Shown: in pieces, positions 11,001 to 19,817 of the stretch | How the letters are laid out: each line of letters opens with the position of its first letter | How positions within the stretch are numbered: the first letter of the stretch is position 1 | Assembly: GCA_040380835.1 (NCBI GenBank) | Contig: JBEIIK010000004.1 | Coordinates: 1 to 55,706 of the forward strand | Length of the DNA stretch: 55,706 bases | Direction of reading: 5' to 3' | Origin: Ignavibacteria bacterium | GTDB taxonomy: Bacteria > Bacteroidota > Ignavibacteria > Kapaibacteriales > Kapaibacteriaceae | Made by a program: the position numbers and the translations under genes | Notes under the pieces: generated by a model | What the model was told of the DNA's origin: nothing | Seen by the model: the letters and a program-made list of their open reading frames with translations, nothing else | Database searches by the model: none

Positions 11001-13807
11001 TCTTCAGTTCCACCATGGCCTAGAAAGTTTATCCATCCCACACCAGAGGCAATGGCTTGTCGCATCTCTCGCCCGGGATGGTCCGAAGTCGCAGCGCAAA
11101 CCACGACGGTGTCCAGACAAAGCGGCGGTTCGACGAATACCACACCCGTGCCGAACTCATCGGAAAGCAGCCGATTAACAATGTCACAGAAATTATCACC
11201 TTCCTTGCCCCCTCCTCCGTAGAGAAATCGACGCTGATACGGTGCATAGGGAACTGTGTCGTAGGTGATGATCTTATCGACAAGAGCCGCCGTCTCTGAG
11301 GCCACACTTCCGGGGAACCGCGTGACAATTAGCTCTGGTGTAGCCAGATCATGTTCATCATCAAGCAACCCGAACCACATATCGCTGCTCGGCCTACCGT
11401 AGGTTGGAATCTGATCTACGCGAACAGCATCGACATTTCCGCCGCGCACAGCACGGCGTGCGTCCCAGCTTGCACTGCCGATAAGAACGCAATGTGTAGG
11501 TTTTCGTGCACCACTGCGCTGCCAGGCATCACGCAGAAATGTTCGAACGGCTCGAGGGTCATGCCGTCCTGCACCATAGGCTTCAAACACATCATCAACA
11601 TCAACGGTAACAACTTGCTTTCTTGAGAACTGCTCGCGATGCGCGGCCCAACGTTTGGCCTCTGCAGCATGCTCCCGATGCGTGATGGCAATGACATCAG
11701 CCCCCTGAGACCAGTCTCGAAGGCTTAGAAATGCATTGGTTGCGGGGCTGACCTTTGCAGTCTCGACACCGCCACCGGCACCGATCACGAGATAGTGTTC
11801 CCCATCGCTGAGGGATAATCGCGCTTCTGCGTTGGCAGCACGCGCATTTGGCCACCCGCTCAAATGACATAATACTCCATCCGTGGAGTTGCAGATTCTA
11901 CCCTGCGTAGTGCCGATCCAGCCATCGTCACCAAGCAGGGCAGTGTCCAGGACCACTCCACGGTCAAACAGTGCGTTCATGATCTTTACTTCGAGCTTGC
12001 CGCGAGCCTGAACAATCACAAGCGGCAACGAAGTATCGGCTTGCTGGATGACCTTGATCAGTTCCTCTGCTGTTTCATGCAGACGAAGTACAGGACGTAA
12101 AGTGATCCGGTCAACAGCCACCGTTGCGAAGCTCCGAAGACTGTCGGTATGGACGTGATCATCACCGATCACCACACCCAGGGAGTATTGACCATCGACG
12201 ACCACAAGGGGCTTAGCAGGGTTGCGGTAGGGCCACCGAGCGGCCCTGACCTGAAACTTCCTTTCGTTAATAACCGGGAAGCCAATCTCGGAGCGAAGTG
12301 TGTCGATGACAACTGGACTGTTGTCAGGAAGATTATCGATAATCAGCTCGCAAGCTCTATCAAGCTTTACATATCCATCGAGCCGCCCATGTTCGACAAT
12401 GCTTGCCCCCTGCCCGCGGACCTCAATGGCATCAACCAAGACGAGGCTTGACCAGTCATTAGATGAGATTCTCTCTGGGAATCCAGTTGCCTGGACGTGC
12501 ACACTTGCGGGCACGGGAGGTATATCCCAGTACTTGGCGTTTCCATTGATGATGAAAGTGCCGTAACCATTTACTTCGAGTCGTTGCGGTTCTCCTAGAC
12601 CAGGGAACACAACGTCAACGGCATGATCGGGATCATACGCCTTGGAATCCGATGTCGTTGCAATGGTCGCGGAATAGGACACCGGTGAATCGTTGCGTGC
12701 CGGAATGAAGGATGTAAGATAGTGGCCTGATTGCTGCGACCTGGCATTCAGACTCGTCCAGTAAAAACCCTCCAACGCTGCCTTCGGAGTGTACAGATAT
12801 CCAAGATCATCGTCGGGACCGCTGCCGGGGTGAAAGTATCCCGTGTCCAGTTCAAAAAGAACTCGCCGTTGCAGCGCAAAGATGATCGAGTCTGACAAAG
12901 GACTGTCGTTTTGTCGCAGCCTGAGTCGCTCGGTACCCCGATGCGTTCCTGTTAAGTAGAAGATCGACGAGGTGTCTGACTCATCCAGGTAAGTTGAGTC
13001 ACCAGCAGGACGACGTCCGACAAAGTAGATGATGTCACCGGATGTCAAAGTGGATGAGGAGTCTGCATCGACGATATGAACTGGTTGCTGCACACCCCGC
13101 CAAAAAAGTGCGATAGAATCCAGGGCACCAAATGGTGTAAGGGGGAGAATGGATTCAGCCGCGACCTTTGCTACTCCGTCACGAAAGGTCTCGAGACGCA
13201 CAAAAGAGCGCGCATTATGGTACCAGCTCGAGGGATTAGTAAAGTCAAGGGGCTTTTCCTCGTACTTCCTCGTTCTGTGTACATACGATGGCTGCCATGC
13301 CGGATTGACGACAAGCGGTCCGAGCGGAGGCTGCAGGAGACGTCCGCGACGCATGGGCGTGGACCATTGCAGTCGAATGAAAAACTCGTCGGGGACGGCA
13401 ACTCCACTTATACGAAGGCCAATGAGGTCAACCTCGAGACGAACGATCGGTACGTTGCCGTAGGAGCCATGAGCAACCAGGTTGATGAAGGGCCTAAGGT
13501 TCTCGGGTCGGCATTCGGCGACAGTAACTTCCTGAGCGGACGGAACAAAGGCCGCGTATTCCAGCACGGTCAGTCGTGCATCTGAGACGGACACCCCGCT
13601 TCGTGGATGTCGAATTGTCATTTTACCAGTTCGCGCATCGACCACAACTGCATGAGCAAGGTCGCGTTCGGAAATGTCAGCCGAACGCTCTGTTGACTGA
13701 CCAGGCAGTCCAACTGCCGATAGCCACAGCAACATTACTATGGAGGATATTCTACCCATTAACAAGCAGCGCCGTGACACATTCCAATGTATCACGGCGC
13801 TTGGCAT
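8063..13807 (-). CDS. Large C25-family (gingipain/PorU-like) cysteine peptidase with a T9SS C-terminal domain
   Basis: C25 core: DVIAITH, HCVLIGSASWD, SSDMWFG, NFLGHGG (His) and YSCLTG (Cys), ILGDP. Followed by a CARDB-like Ig segment, a possible ILEI-like segment (GLNIAVF...RRFDT) and a CTD with VYPNP...PGVYTI. Confidence 0.8.
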   Translation of the reverse strand: MPSAVIHWNVSRRCLLMGRISSIVMLLWLSAVGLPGQSTERSADISERDLAHAVVVDARTGKMTIRHPRSGVSVSDARLTVLEYAAFVPSAQEVTVAECRPENLRPFINLVAHGSYGNVPIVRLEVDLIGLRISGVAVPDEFFIRLQWSTPMRRGRLLQPPLGPLVVNPAWQPSYVHRTRKYEEKPLDFTNPSSWYHNARSFVRLETFRDGVAKVAAESILPLTPFGALDSIALFWRGVQQPVHIVDADSSSTLTSGDIIYFVGRRPAGDSTYLDESDTSSIFYLTGTHRGTERLRLRQNDSPLSDSIIFALQRRVLFELDTGYFHPGSGPDDDLGYLYTPKAALEGFYWTSLNARSQQSGHYLTSFIPARNDSPVSYSATIATTSDSKAYDPDHAVDVVFPGLGEPQRLEVNGYGTFIINGNAKYWDIPPVPASVHVQATGFPERISSNDWSSLVLVDAIEVRGQGASIVEHGRLDGYVKLDRACELIIDNLPDNSPVVIDTLRSEIGFPVINERKFQVRAARWPYRNPAKPLVVVDGQYSLGVVIGDDHVHTDSLRSFATVAVDRITLRPVLRLHETAEELIKVIQQADTSLPLVIVQARGKLEVKIMNALFDRGVVLDTALLGDDGWIGTTQGRICNSTDGVLCHLSGWPNARAANAEARLSLSDGEHYLVIGAGGGVETAKVSPATNAFLSLRDWSQGADVIAITHREHAAEAKRWAAHREQFSRKQVVTVDVDDVFEAYGAGRHDPRAVRTFLRDAWQRSGARKPTHCVLIGSASWDARRAVRGGNVDAVRVDQIPTYGRPSSDMWFGLLDDEHDLATPELIVTRFPGSVASETAALVDKIITYDTVPYAPYQRRFLYGGGGKEGDNFCDIVNRLLSDEFGTGVVFVEPPLCLDTVVVCAATSDHPGREMRQAIASGVGWINFLGHGGTEEFDIADWEAPQLTNVGRYPILATYSCLTGSYSSPSATCENAKYLFEPLKGSVASIGSSGLQYISAAEFLHYRIHETLLSTSLRDLGQIVYEAKSSFSRTNSVFALNTSMQFGILGDPFTRVHIDTTAELSVAADRMRLTTLRGGTDQIVDDDSTMIIRAEVWNHGLATKFDVDLRLIRTFNDRADTITLVVERGFCRQTVAEFRLPIGGMAGLHTLTLTVDPQRRIGDNLANNSVTVRQDVRLRSLIILEPDAFEVIDPASAAVRVIDVLSAPGHESDLNVEFAVCSAPDTTTMVIRSQSRDVRRAVTGAPSLVDWSLADVFRADSLRTYWIGAWPKQRPGQPAVQIAWQPVVLLQGAADPERHRLLPDVLDGGNRKIIDAKAGGIILPRYPVPVTVLSGGKPTADPVRQPYMSIRVRDNIILENSFRQGLNIAVFAPYDTVPRAVRRFDTSPNASPVEAGHSGYAREFIRFVRDSIKAHEIIALVACDESFTRFKRDSLMDELKRQLQDLGARKADSLQISASYVLVGSKSNKDQPYAERISTSGSIVSSTVDIQFTDSLLTLPLPPLLIGRWSGLSIKATGNAELTLQRRSPSGVDDTLTIDSAQWQPQPGYSYAPASLRLRASEREPFPVARSIDLRFAPRPQVVVASGMIEPDRPTRGDTLGIKIRLVNARRAHGSVSAPLSLSIQDTAAGELVRQNRIRSVAQQSFADETFVVASESLPQRYRVLATVDQESTLPLRHRVFTIWQGAGTVAEDTSAPFITLMADGVPCSDGLYVQRAPLFEVLVSDSCRLPIESEDNLTVFVNGNRIRRDNVQQWEFIGTAALLNEPGYNTDARAVLRFQFPMESGENLVIMRARDVSGNADTAEISLFLTERSAISHLLVYPNPGTRQSAFTVQFDAALADSTAGVRVATYDMQGRLFGTRRVQVSSGRTSIKIDPVAADYVLGPGVYTIVVELLAIDGKTLSTLTRNLLVTP

Positions 13808-13834
13808 GATTTCGTGTTTCGTCGACTGGAGTGA

Positions 13835-15214
13835 TTAACCGTTGTGCTTCGGCGTCGGGAAGGCTTCGCGCATGGCAACGATGATCTTCTCGGCAACCTT
13901 GTCGGAGACGACTCGCTTGACGTTATCGTCACTGGCAAGCGCCTCGGCAATGGCAAGTTCAACCTTCTTCTTGATGATCTCGGATGTTTCGCCAACAAGT
14001 GCGCTGGCCATCGAATGCATATCTTCCGAAACATCCTTCATCGTCTCAAGCTGGCTCTTGCTGGCGTCTTCCATCTTCTTCATAAGCTTGTCCATACGTT
14101 CTTCACCTTCCGTATAGACGAGGCCGAAAGCAAGGAGTGCAAGAAGCGTTCCCTCAAGCGAGATAGCTGCAAGGATCAGCGAAGGCTTCGTGGCCGGAAT
14201 GAACTTAAGACCACGGATTCCGATGATCACGATAAGAATGGCAGCTCCGAAGTATGCAAGTCCCGTGACGTTGTTCGAATACTTCTCAGTAAAGTGGTGA
14301 GCCATGTACAGGCGGAGACCACCAAAGAGCTTAGCACGATTCCTCGACCACTCGATGCCGGCCGTGGTGTCAAGAATCTCCTTGACAACAAAATCAGAGA
14401 AGAACTCGTTTATGCGGATAAAGAGAGCTTCTCTACGAAACTCCGACAACGCTACGTCCGGAGTGAAAATCTCGTCGAACCGGATTAGTCTGCGACCACG
14501 GGCCTTGGCGTCCTCTTCAGACTCCTGCGCCGTACGATCCCAGATGATCTTGAAGGATGCTCGCACGTCTTTGTGCTCAAGCTGATCCAAATCCCGATCT
14601 GGCATCACAAGCAACTCCACGATCTCCTCAGGGAAGCCCGACTGAAGACGGATCTTGGTCTTCGTGTGATGGATTTCCCGATCTACTTTTTGAGCCATGT
14701 AACCAATGCTGCTCGGGAAGAAGAACGTAATGAAGATCGCGAAGGTGAATCCGATGGCCAAGCACAGAATGGTGAAGCCGGTCGGTGGCTCGATAATGAT
14801 CGAATTCTCGCCGAGGCCACCCTCTTCCGTAGCCCGGAGAACCCACGTGCCGTGCTCCTTCCGGTAACCATCACGCTCGTCCGTACGCTCAGCGCTCGTC
14901 TCAAAATCGAAAACGTACTCGGGCTTGACCAACTGCTTTAGACCAGCGGCCTTGGCTTTGGTGACTCGTTCGGCCGGAGCCATGGAAGATGCCTCCTTCG
15001 TCATCAGGGCCTTGACGCCTGGAATGACGTAGTCGAACTTTTCACCGCTCTTCTCGCTGACCTCCGGTGCAAAGAGATTCGACACAGCCATCTGCACGGC
15101 TGTAGGGATCACGAAATAATAGAAAAGGGCAGCTATCGCCGCCGTCAGGGCAAACAGGATCGCCGTGTGTTGAAACCCAGCTTTTGGAACTGCTGCATGT
15201 CCGCTTGCTGTCAT
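13835..15214 (-). CDS. Four-TM inner-membrane protein with a GldL/PorL-like C-terminal helix pair and coiled-coil tail
   Basis: Likely start ATG 15214 (MTASGH). Two N-terminal hydrophobic helices, then AYFGAAILIVIIGIRG...ILAAISLEGTLLALLAF resembling GldL TM1/TM2, then a heptad-rich tail. Confidence 0.55.
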   Translation of the reverse strand: MTASGHAAVPKAGFQHTAILFALTAAIAALFYYFVIPTAVQMAVSNLFAPEVSEKSGEKFDYVIPGVKALMTKEASSMAPAERVTKAKAAGLKQLVKPEYVFDFETSAERTDERDGYRKEHGTWVLRATEEGGLGENSIIIEPPTGFTILCLAIGFTFAIFITFFFPSSIGYMAQKVDREIHHTKTKIRLQSGFPEEIVELLVMPDRDLDQLEHKDVRASFKIIWDRTAQESEEDAKARGRRLIRFDEIFTPDVALSEFRREALFIRINEFFSDFVVKEILDTTAGIEWSRNRAKLFGGLRLYMAHHFTEKYSNNVTGLAYFGAAILIVIIGIRGLKFIPATKPSLILAAISLEGTLLALLAFGLVYTEGEERMDKLMKKMEDASKSQLETMKDVSEDMHSMASALVGETSEIIKKKVELAIAEALASDDNVKRVVSDKVAEKIIVAMREAFPTPKHNG

Positions 15215-15370
15215 CGCCACTCCTAAAGTCGAAGATGTGAACGCAATTACTCCCCTTGCCGAGAAGCAGTGGCCAATATACAAAAGGTCACCCACCCAAA
15301 AACGTCCCAGATTCAAGATTCATGTACACACCTACCAGCCATTCCTCCCGTCATCCGTATTTTCGCTTCC

Positions 15371-16723
15371 ATGTCAGCCTACTCACCCCGCTTCTCCGTT
15401 ACGGCGCATGAGGTCATTCCGACCCTTCGAGATTATATCCTTGTCGATGGCTTCGACCACGTGATCGACCTCGATAACAGCCACGGTGCCTGGATGGTCG
15501 AGGCTCGGACACAGAAGCCCTACTTGGACTTTTTCACCTGCATCGCCTCGATGCCGATCGGGATGAATCATCCCAAGATGACCGATCCCGACTTCATTGA
15601 GTATATCGGCAAGGCAGCGCTGAACAAGCCATCAAACTCGGACATCTACACGGGGCACATGGCAACGTTTGTTAAGACATTCTTTGAGCTGGCCCTTCCC
15701 AAGCACTTTCGTTATGCCTTTTTCATCGACGGCGGCACTCTAGCAGTCGAAAATGCGATCAAGACAGCCATGGACTGGAAGGTCCGCAGAAACTTCTCAA
15801 AGGGCTATGCCAGCGATCGCGGTCATCAGATCATCCACTTCCGACGGGCATTTCACGGCCGCTCCGGCTATTGCATGTCGCTTACCAACACTGATCCGAC
15901 GAAGGTGGCTCACTGGCCACAGTGGAAGTGGCCACGCATCGACCCACCATCTCTGACATTCCCGTTAACCGAAGATGCTCTTGCTGATGTTCGCCGACGT
16001 GAGGATGAATCGGTCACAGCGATCAAGCAGGCTTTTAGTGACAACAAGGACGATATCGCCGCGATCATCATCGAGCCCATACAGGGTGAAGGGGGCGATA
16101 ATCACTTCCGTCCCGAGTTTCTCCGCCGTCTGCGCGAGCTCTGTGACGAGAACGACGCACTACTGATTTTTGATGAAGTGCAGACCGGCGTGGGCATCAC
16201 CGGGCACTGGTGGGCGCACATGGGTCTTGGTGTGGAACCCGACATCATGTCGTTTGGCAAGAAAATGCAGGTGTGTGGCATTGTCGTCGGCCCTCGTATT
16301 GACGACGTTCCCGACAACGTTTTTCACACATCCAGTCGCATCAATTCCACATGGGGAGGATCACTCGTCGATATGGTGCGCGCGACCAAGTACCTTGAGA
16401 TCATCGATGAGGAGAACCTCGTTCAGAATGCCAACGATGTTGGCATTTACCTGCGCCAGCAGCTCTCAGCCCTTCGCGATCGAGTAGGTCACGATCGCAT
16501 GTCGAACATCCGTGGCATGGGGCTTTTCTGTGCATTCGATCTCCCGTCGAAGGATCAAAGGAACGCCTTCCTGAAGGCCACCTACGACAATGGTGTACTC
16601 CTTGTAGGAAGTGGTGATCATTCGATCCGATTCCGTCCGCCCCTTAACCTTTCCCGTGATCTGGTTGACAAAGGCGTGGAGATCATCGGTCACTGCCTTG
16701 AGCATCCGGGCTCTAGCTCGTAA
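15371..16723 (+). CDS. lat: L-lysine 6-transaminase (class III PLP aminotransferase)
   Basis: LNKPSNSDIY, GTLAVENAIK, FHGRSGY, IEPIQGEGGD, FDEVQTG, FGKK, RINSTWGG; start moved to ATG 15371. Confidence 0.9.
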   Translation: MSAYSPRFSVTAHEVIPTLRDYILVDGFDHVIDLDNSHGAWMVEARTQKPYLDFFTCIASMPIGMNHPKMTDPDFIEYIGKAALNKPSNSDIYTGHMATFVKTFFELALPKHFRYAFFIDGGTLAVENAIKTAMDWKVRRNFSKGYASDRGHQIIHFRRAFHGRSGYCMSLTNTDPTKVAHWPQWKWPRIDPPSLTFPLTEDALADVRRREDESVTAIKQAFSDNKDDIAAIIIEPIQGEGGDNHFRPEFLRRLRELCDENDALLIFDEVQTGVGITGHWWAHMGLGVEPDIMSFGKKMQVCGIVVGPRIDDVPDNVFHTSSRINSTWGGSLVDMVRATKYLEIIDEENLVQNANDVGIYLRQQLSALRDRVGHDRMSNIRGMGLFCAFDLPSKDQRNAFLKATYDNGVLLVGSGDHSIRFRPPLNLSRDLVDKGVEIIGHCLEHPGSSS

Positions 16724-17711
16724 ACAGTTCAATCGCCGCCGTCGTAACCATCGGTACGGCTTCCTCAAATCTTGCCTGACGTATGCGCGCCCCGGCTGCA
16801 TGGACGTGTCCCCCACCTCCAAACTTTGCAGCAAGGTCGCGTACACCAGTGTCGCCTTTGGACCGAAACGAGCACTTTACCTCGCCGTCAACTTCCACGA
16901 ATAGTATCCCGGCCCGCACGCCGGCAATGCTGAGTGTGTGATGAACAAAGCCCTCCACGTCATCAACATTGCATCCGGTTTCCAGAAGGTCGCTTCGACG
17001 GATCATCATGGTGCAGAGCTGACCATCGGCATGTGTCTGTAACGAGGCCAGCCCGATACCCAGCAGACGGGTCCGACCAAACGAGCTCTGATTGATGACC
17101 TCCTCATAGGTCTGCACAGGGTCGGCCCCCTTGCTGATCAATAGCGCAGCAAGACGGAATACCTGGGCCGTTGTGCGGAAGAATCTGAATGAACCGGTAT
17201 CGGTCATGATCCCCGTGTAGAGGCATGTGGCCACCTCGTGCGAGATCGCATTCTCGCCATCGATTTCGAGAATGATCTCTGCCATGAGCGCGCACGTCGA
17301 GCACGCATCGGTGTCAATCAGAGCCAGGCGGGCGAAGTCCTGCGGATACGTATGATGGTCAATGTTGACGATCGTGGCAGATGATGCAGCAATGCGGGCA
17401 CCCAGTTCTCCAAGCCGCAATAGAGTGTTGAGATCGAGCACCAGGATCAGATCGGCATCGGAGATCAGCTGATCGCACCTCGAACTGTATGTTATCATGT
17501 GTTCTGCTCCCGGCATCCACTGCAGATACGAGGCAGCCGCATTCGGCAGAATCACCGTGCAGTCGAACCCGCGCGAGCCAAGCCAGTTCCATGTTCCAAG
17601 AGCCGAACCGATGGCATCACCGTCGGGATTGACATGCGTTACGATAATGACGCGGCGAACGCCGGCCAGAATGATGTTGAATTCTGCGACCAGGGATGGA
17701 TCAAGGTTCAT
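16713..17711 (-). CDS. nrnA: DHH/DHHA1 phosphoesterase (NrnA-like oligoribonuclease/pAp phosphatase)
   Basis: THVNPDGDAIGS, IDHH, GIMTDTGSF, SFRS and GGGGH motifs; likely start ATG 17711. Confidence 0.88.
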   Translation of the reverse strand: MNLDPSLVAEFNIILAGVRRVIIVTHVNPDGDAIGSALGTWNWLGSRGFDCTVILPNAAASYLQWMPGAEHMITYSSRCDQLISDADLILVLDLNTLLRLGELGARIAASSATIVNIDHHTYPQDFARLALIDTDACSTCALMAEIILEIDGENAISHEVATCLYTGIMTDTGSFRFFRTTAQVFRLAALLISKGADPVQTYEEVINQSSFGRTRLLGIGLASLQTHADGQLCTMMIRRSDLLETGCNVDDVEGFVHHTLSIAGVRAGILFVEVDGEVKCSFRSKGDTGVRDLAAKFGGGGHVHAAGARIRQARFEEAVPMVTTAAIELFTS

Positions 17712-17733
17712 GGTAGTGCGATAACTTCGTAGC

Positions 17734-18450
17734 ATGTGGACTTGGCGTAAGATAGCGACAGCTGCCGGGGCATTGGTCATCGTGGTCCTGGTAAGCCTTG
17801 TGCTTATCGATCAGATCGTGCTGCCGTGGATCGTCTCAACTTCGCAGACCGTGCGAGTTCCGACCGTAGTAGGCAAGCAGGTAACGACGGCACAATATCT
17901 GCTCCAGGAAAGGGGCCTGCAGGTCAAGGACATTCGATACCAGCACAACCCTGACCTTCCTCAAGGGGTGGTGATGTCGCAGCTGCCATACCCCGGCGCA
18001 ACGGTCAAAGAAGGCCGGCGCGTCTATCTGACGGTAAGCAATGGGCTTGAGACCGTGACGGTTCCGCCATTGGTAGGACTATCGATACGTGACGCACGGC
18101 TTGCACTTGCGCGCGCAGGGTTACAGCTTGGTTCCATATCAACTGTTTCCGACGAGAACGTGCCGGCAGACGCCATCGCCTGGCAGTCCCTTGCCGCCGG
18201 TTCGTCGGTGTCGGCAGAAACAGCTATCGCCGTAGGTATTTCCAATGGCGGTTCACAGCGAATGCCCTCGCTGATCGGATTGCGCTTGGACGAAGCACGA
18301 CAGGCGCTGTCGGCGTTGGGTGTATCGATCGGCTCAGTGAATGAACGACCCACACAGGCCTTCGCATCGGGGACGATCATCGACCATCAGCCCCCTGCCG
18401 ACAGCACGCTGGCAAGCGGGAGCACTGTTTCGGTCACTCTGGCACGCTGA
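17734..18450 (+). CDS. Membrane-anchored PASTA-domain protein (three repeats)
   Basis: N-terminal TM, then repeats starting VPTVVG, VPPLVG and MPSLIG. Confidence 0.88.
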   Translation: MWTWRKIATAAGALVIVVLVSLVLIDQIVLPWIVSTSQTVRVPTVVGKQVTTAQYLLQERGLQVKDIRYQHNPDLPQGVVMSQLPYPGATVKEGRRVYLTVSNGLETVTVPPLVGLSIRDARLALARAGLQLGSISTVSDENVPADAIAWQSLAAGSSVSAETAIAVGISNGGSQRMPSLIGLRLDEARQALSALGVSIGSVNERPTQAFASGTIIDHQPPADSTLASGSTVSVTLAR

Positions 18451-18787
18451 CCCACACGCTGCCATCACGTTCGAACGCCTCGTACGTGCGCAGCCCTCCG
18501 CCTCCGGAAACATTACTGCCCGTGCATATGTCGAAGCGCCATGCGTGGGCCGGACAGGTCACTGTTCCCTGATCTACAAATCCATTGAAGATCAGAGCTT
18601 CACGTTTGTGCGGACAGATATTCGTGACGCAGTGCACCATACCGTTGACCCGGAAAAGCGCAAGGTCATGTTCGATATCCAGTTCGATGCGCAGTCCGCG
18701 ACGCTCAACCACGTCAATGGACCGACATACCTCCACAAAGCGGCGTCCATCAAGATGCTGTTCCCGAAAAAGGGGCCTTATAGACAC
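18434..18787 (-). CDS. Rieske [2Fe-2S] ferredoxin
   Basis: CPH and CPAH ligand boxes, WRFD..TG. Confidence 0.88.
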   Translation of the reverse strand: MSIRPLFREQHLDGRRFVEVCRSIDVVERRGLRIELDIEHDLALFRVNGMVHCVTNICPHKREALIFNGFVDQGTVTCPAHAWRFDICTGSNVSGGGGLRTYEAFERDGSVWVSVPE

Positions 18788-19635
18788 AGTCGATACTCGC
18801 GATCAATGATCGGCCCTTTAGGCCCCATCGTCAATGTAGCCGCATCGCGTAGGGCATCATGCTCAAAGATCACGATCCACTTTTCATCCAGGATGCTTGG
18901 CAGGACCGCACGCTTCTCCTCAATGGTTGTCAGCGGAAAGTTATCATAAGCCATGCCGTACGGTATCGATATATGAGCCGATGTAGGCATAAGGTCAGCC
19001 GGAAAGAACACAGTTGTCGTGCCATCGCTGACGCGTACAGTCTGCATAGCCTGCGTGTGTCCAAAGACAGTTTCGACAAAGATTCCGGGAAGCACCTCGC
19101 CATTGCCGTCAAGAGTCTCCGCCAGGCCTGCCGTTACAAGGGGCTCGAACATTTCAGCCATGAACGATGCCCTGTCTTTCTCCGTCGCGTTCCGGGCCCA
19201 GGCAAGCTGATCTTTCTGTACGTAGTAGCGAGCATTCGGGAACCGTGGGTCACCGTTTTCGCGAGCCGCTCCGCCAACATGGTCAAAGTGCAGATGCGTG
19301 AGTATAACATCGGTGATGTCAGTCGCTGAAAGTCCATGCGCTGCGAGCGCCCCTTCGAGCGAGTAATCGTCAAAGCGAATGTCGTATATCTGCCTCAGTT
19401 TCTCCGACATCCATGGACAGTTACCTGAATCGACAAGGACGATCCTGTCCATGGAACGAACCAGGAGAACCTTTGCCGCCATGGGGATGCGATTCTTCTC
19501 GTCCGGCAATGAATATGCTTTCTGCCAGAGCGTTCTCGGCACAACGCCGAACATGGCGCCACCATCAAGTCCGAATCGGCATGTCTCCAGCAGTGATACT
19601 GAGTATGAGCCGACAAGTATCTGGCCGTGGTTCAT
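18778..19635 (-). CDS. MBL-fold metallo-hydrolase (YtnP-like)
   Basis: LDGGAMFGVVP, THLHFDHVGG, GHT, ADLMP and FEHD motifs. Confidence 0.9.
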   Translation of the reverse strand: MNHGQILVGSYSVSLLETCRFGLDGGAMFGVVPRTLWQKAYSLPDEKNRIPMAAKVLLVRSMDRIVLVDSGNCPWMSEKLRQIYDIRFDDYSLEGALAAHGLSATDITDVILTHLHFDHVGGAARENGDPRFPNARYYVQKDQLAWARNATEKDRASFMAEMFEPLVTAGLAETLDGNGEVLPGIFVETVFGHTQAMQTVRVSDGTTTVFFPADLMPTSAHISIPYGMAYDNFPLTTIEEKRAVLPSILDEKWIVIFEHDALRDAATLTMGPKGPIIDREYRLCL

Positions 19636-19684
19636 GGGGATAATTACTCCGGTAGATCGTCCGCAAAATCGGGGTATCCGTGCA

Positions 19685-19734
19685 CAAACTTATGGCTATT
19701 GCGTCCAGCCATTGGACGTCCGGCCGTATATTTG
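19685..19734. promoter_or_regulatory. Divergent -7 elements: TAAGTTTG (minus, 19685-19692) and TATATTTG (plus, 19727-19734)
   Basis: Both match TAnnTTTG and point toward the flanking genes. Confidence 0.55.
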
Positions 19735-19817
19735 TTGCTTGTGTGGAGCGGTCGCATGACCTGACATCTCCACCCTGGCAGGTCTTTTGTCATTCATTCG
19801 ACGGAGGAGTACCCACC

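Noticed and set aside
13844-14488. 214-aa plus-strand ORF
   Set aside because: Antisense to the GldL-like gene with no motifs.
15215-15370. Longer N-termini given by the track for lat and the GldL-like gene (also nrnA, ppiD-like, truA, thioesterase, rsmD)
   Set aside because: The extensions overlap divergent genes or promoter elements; downstream ATGs fit family N-termini better.
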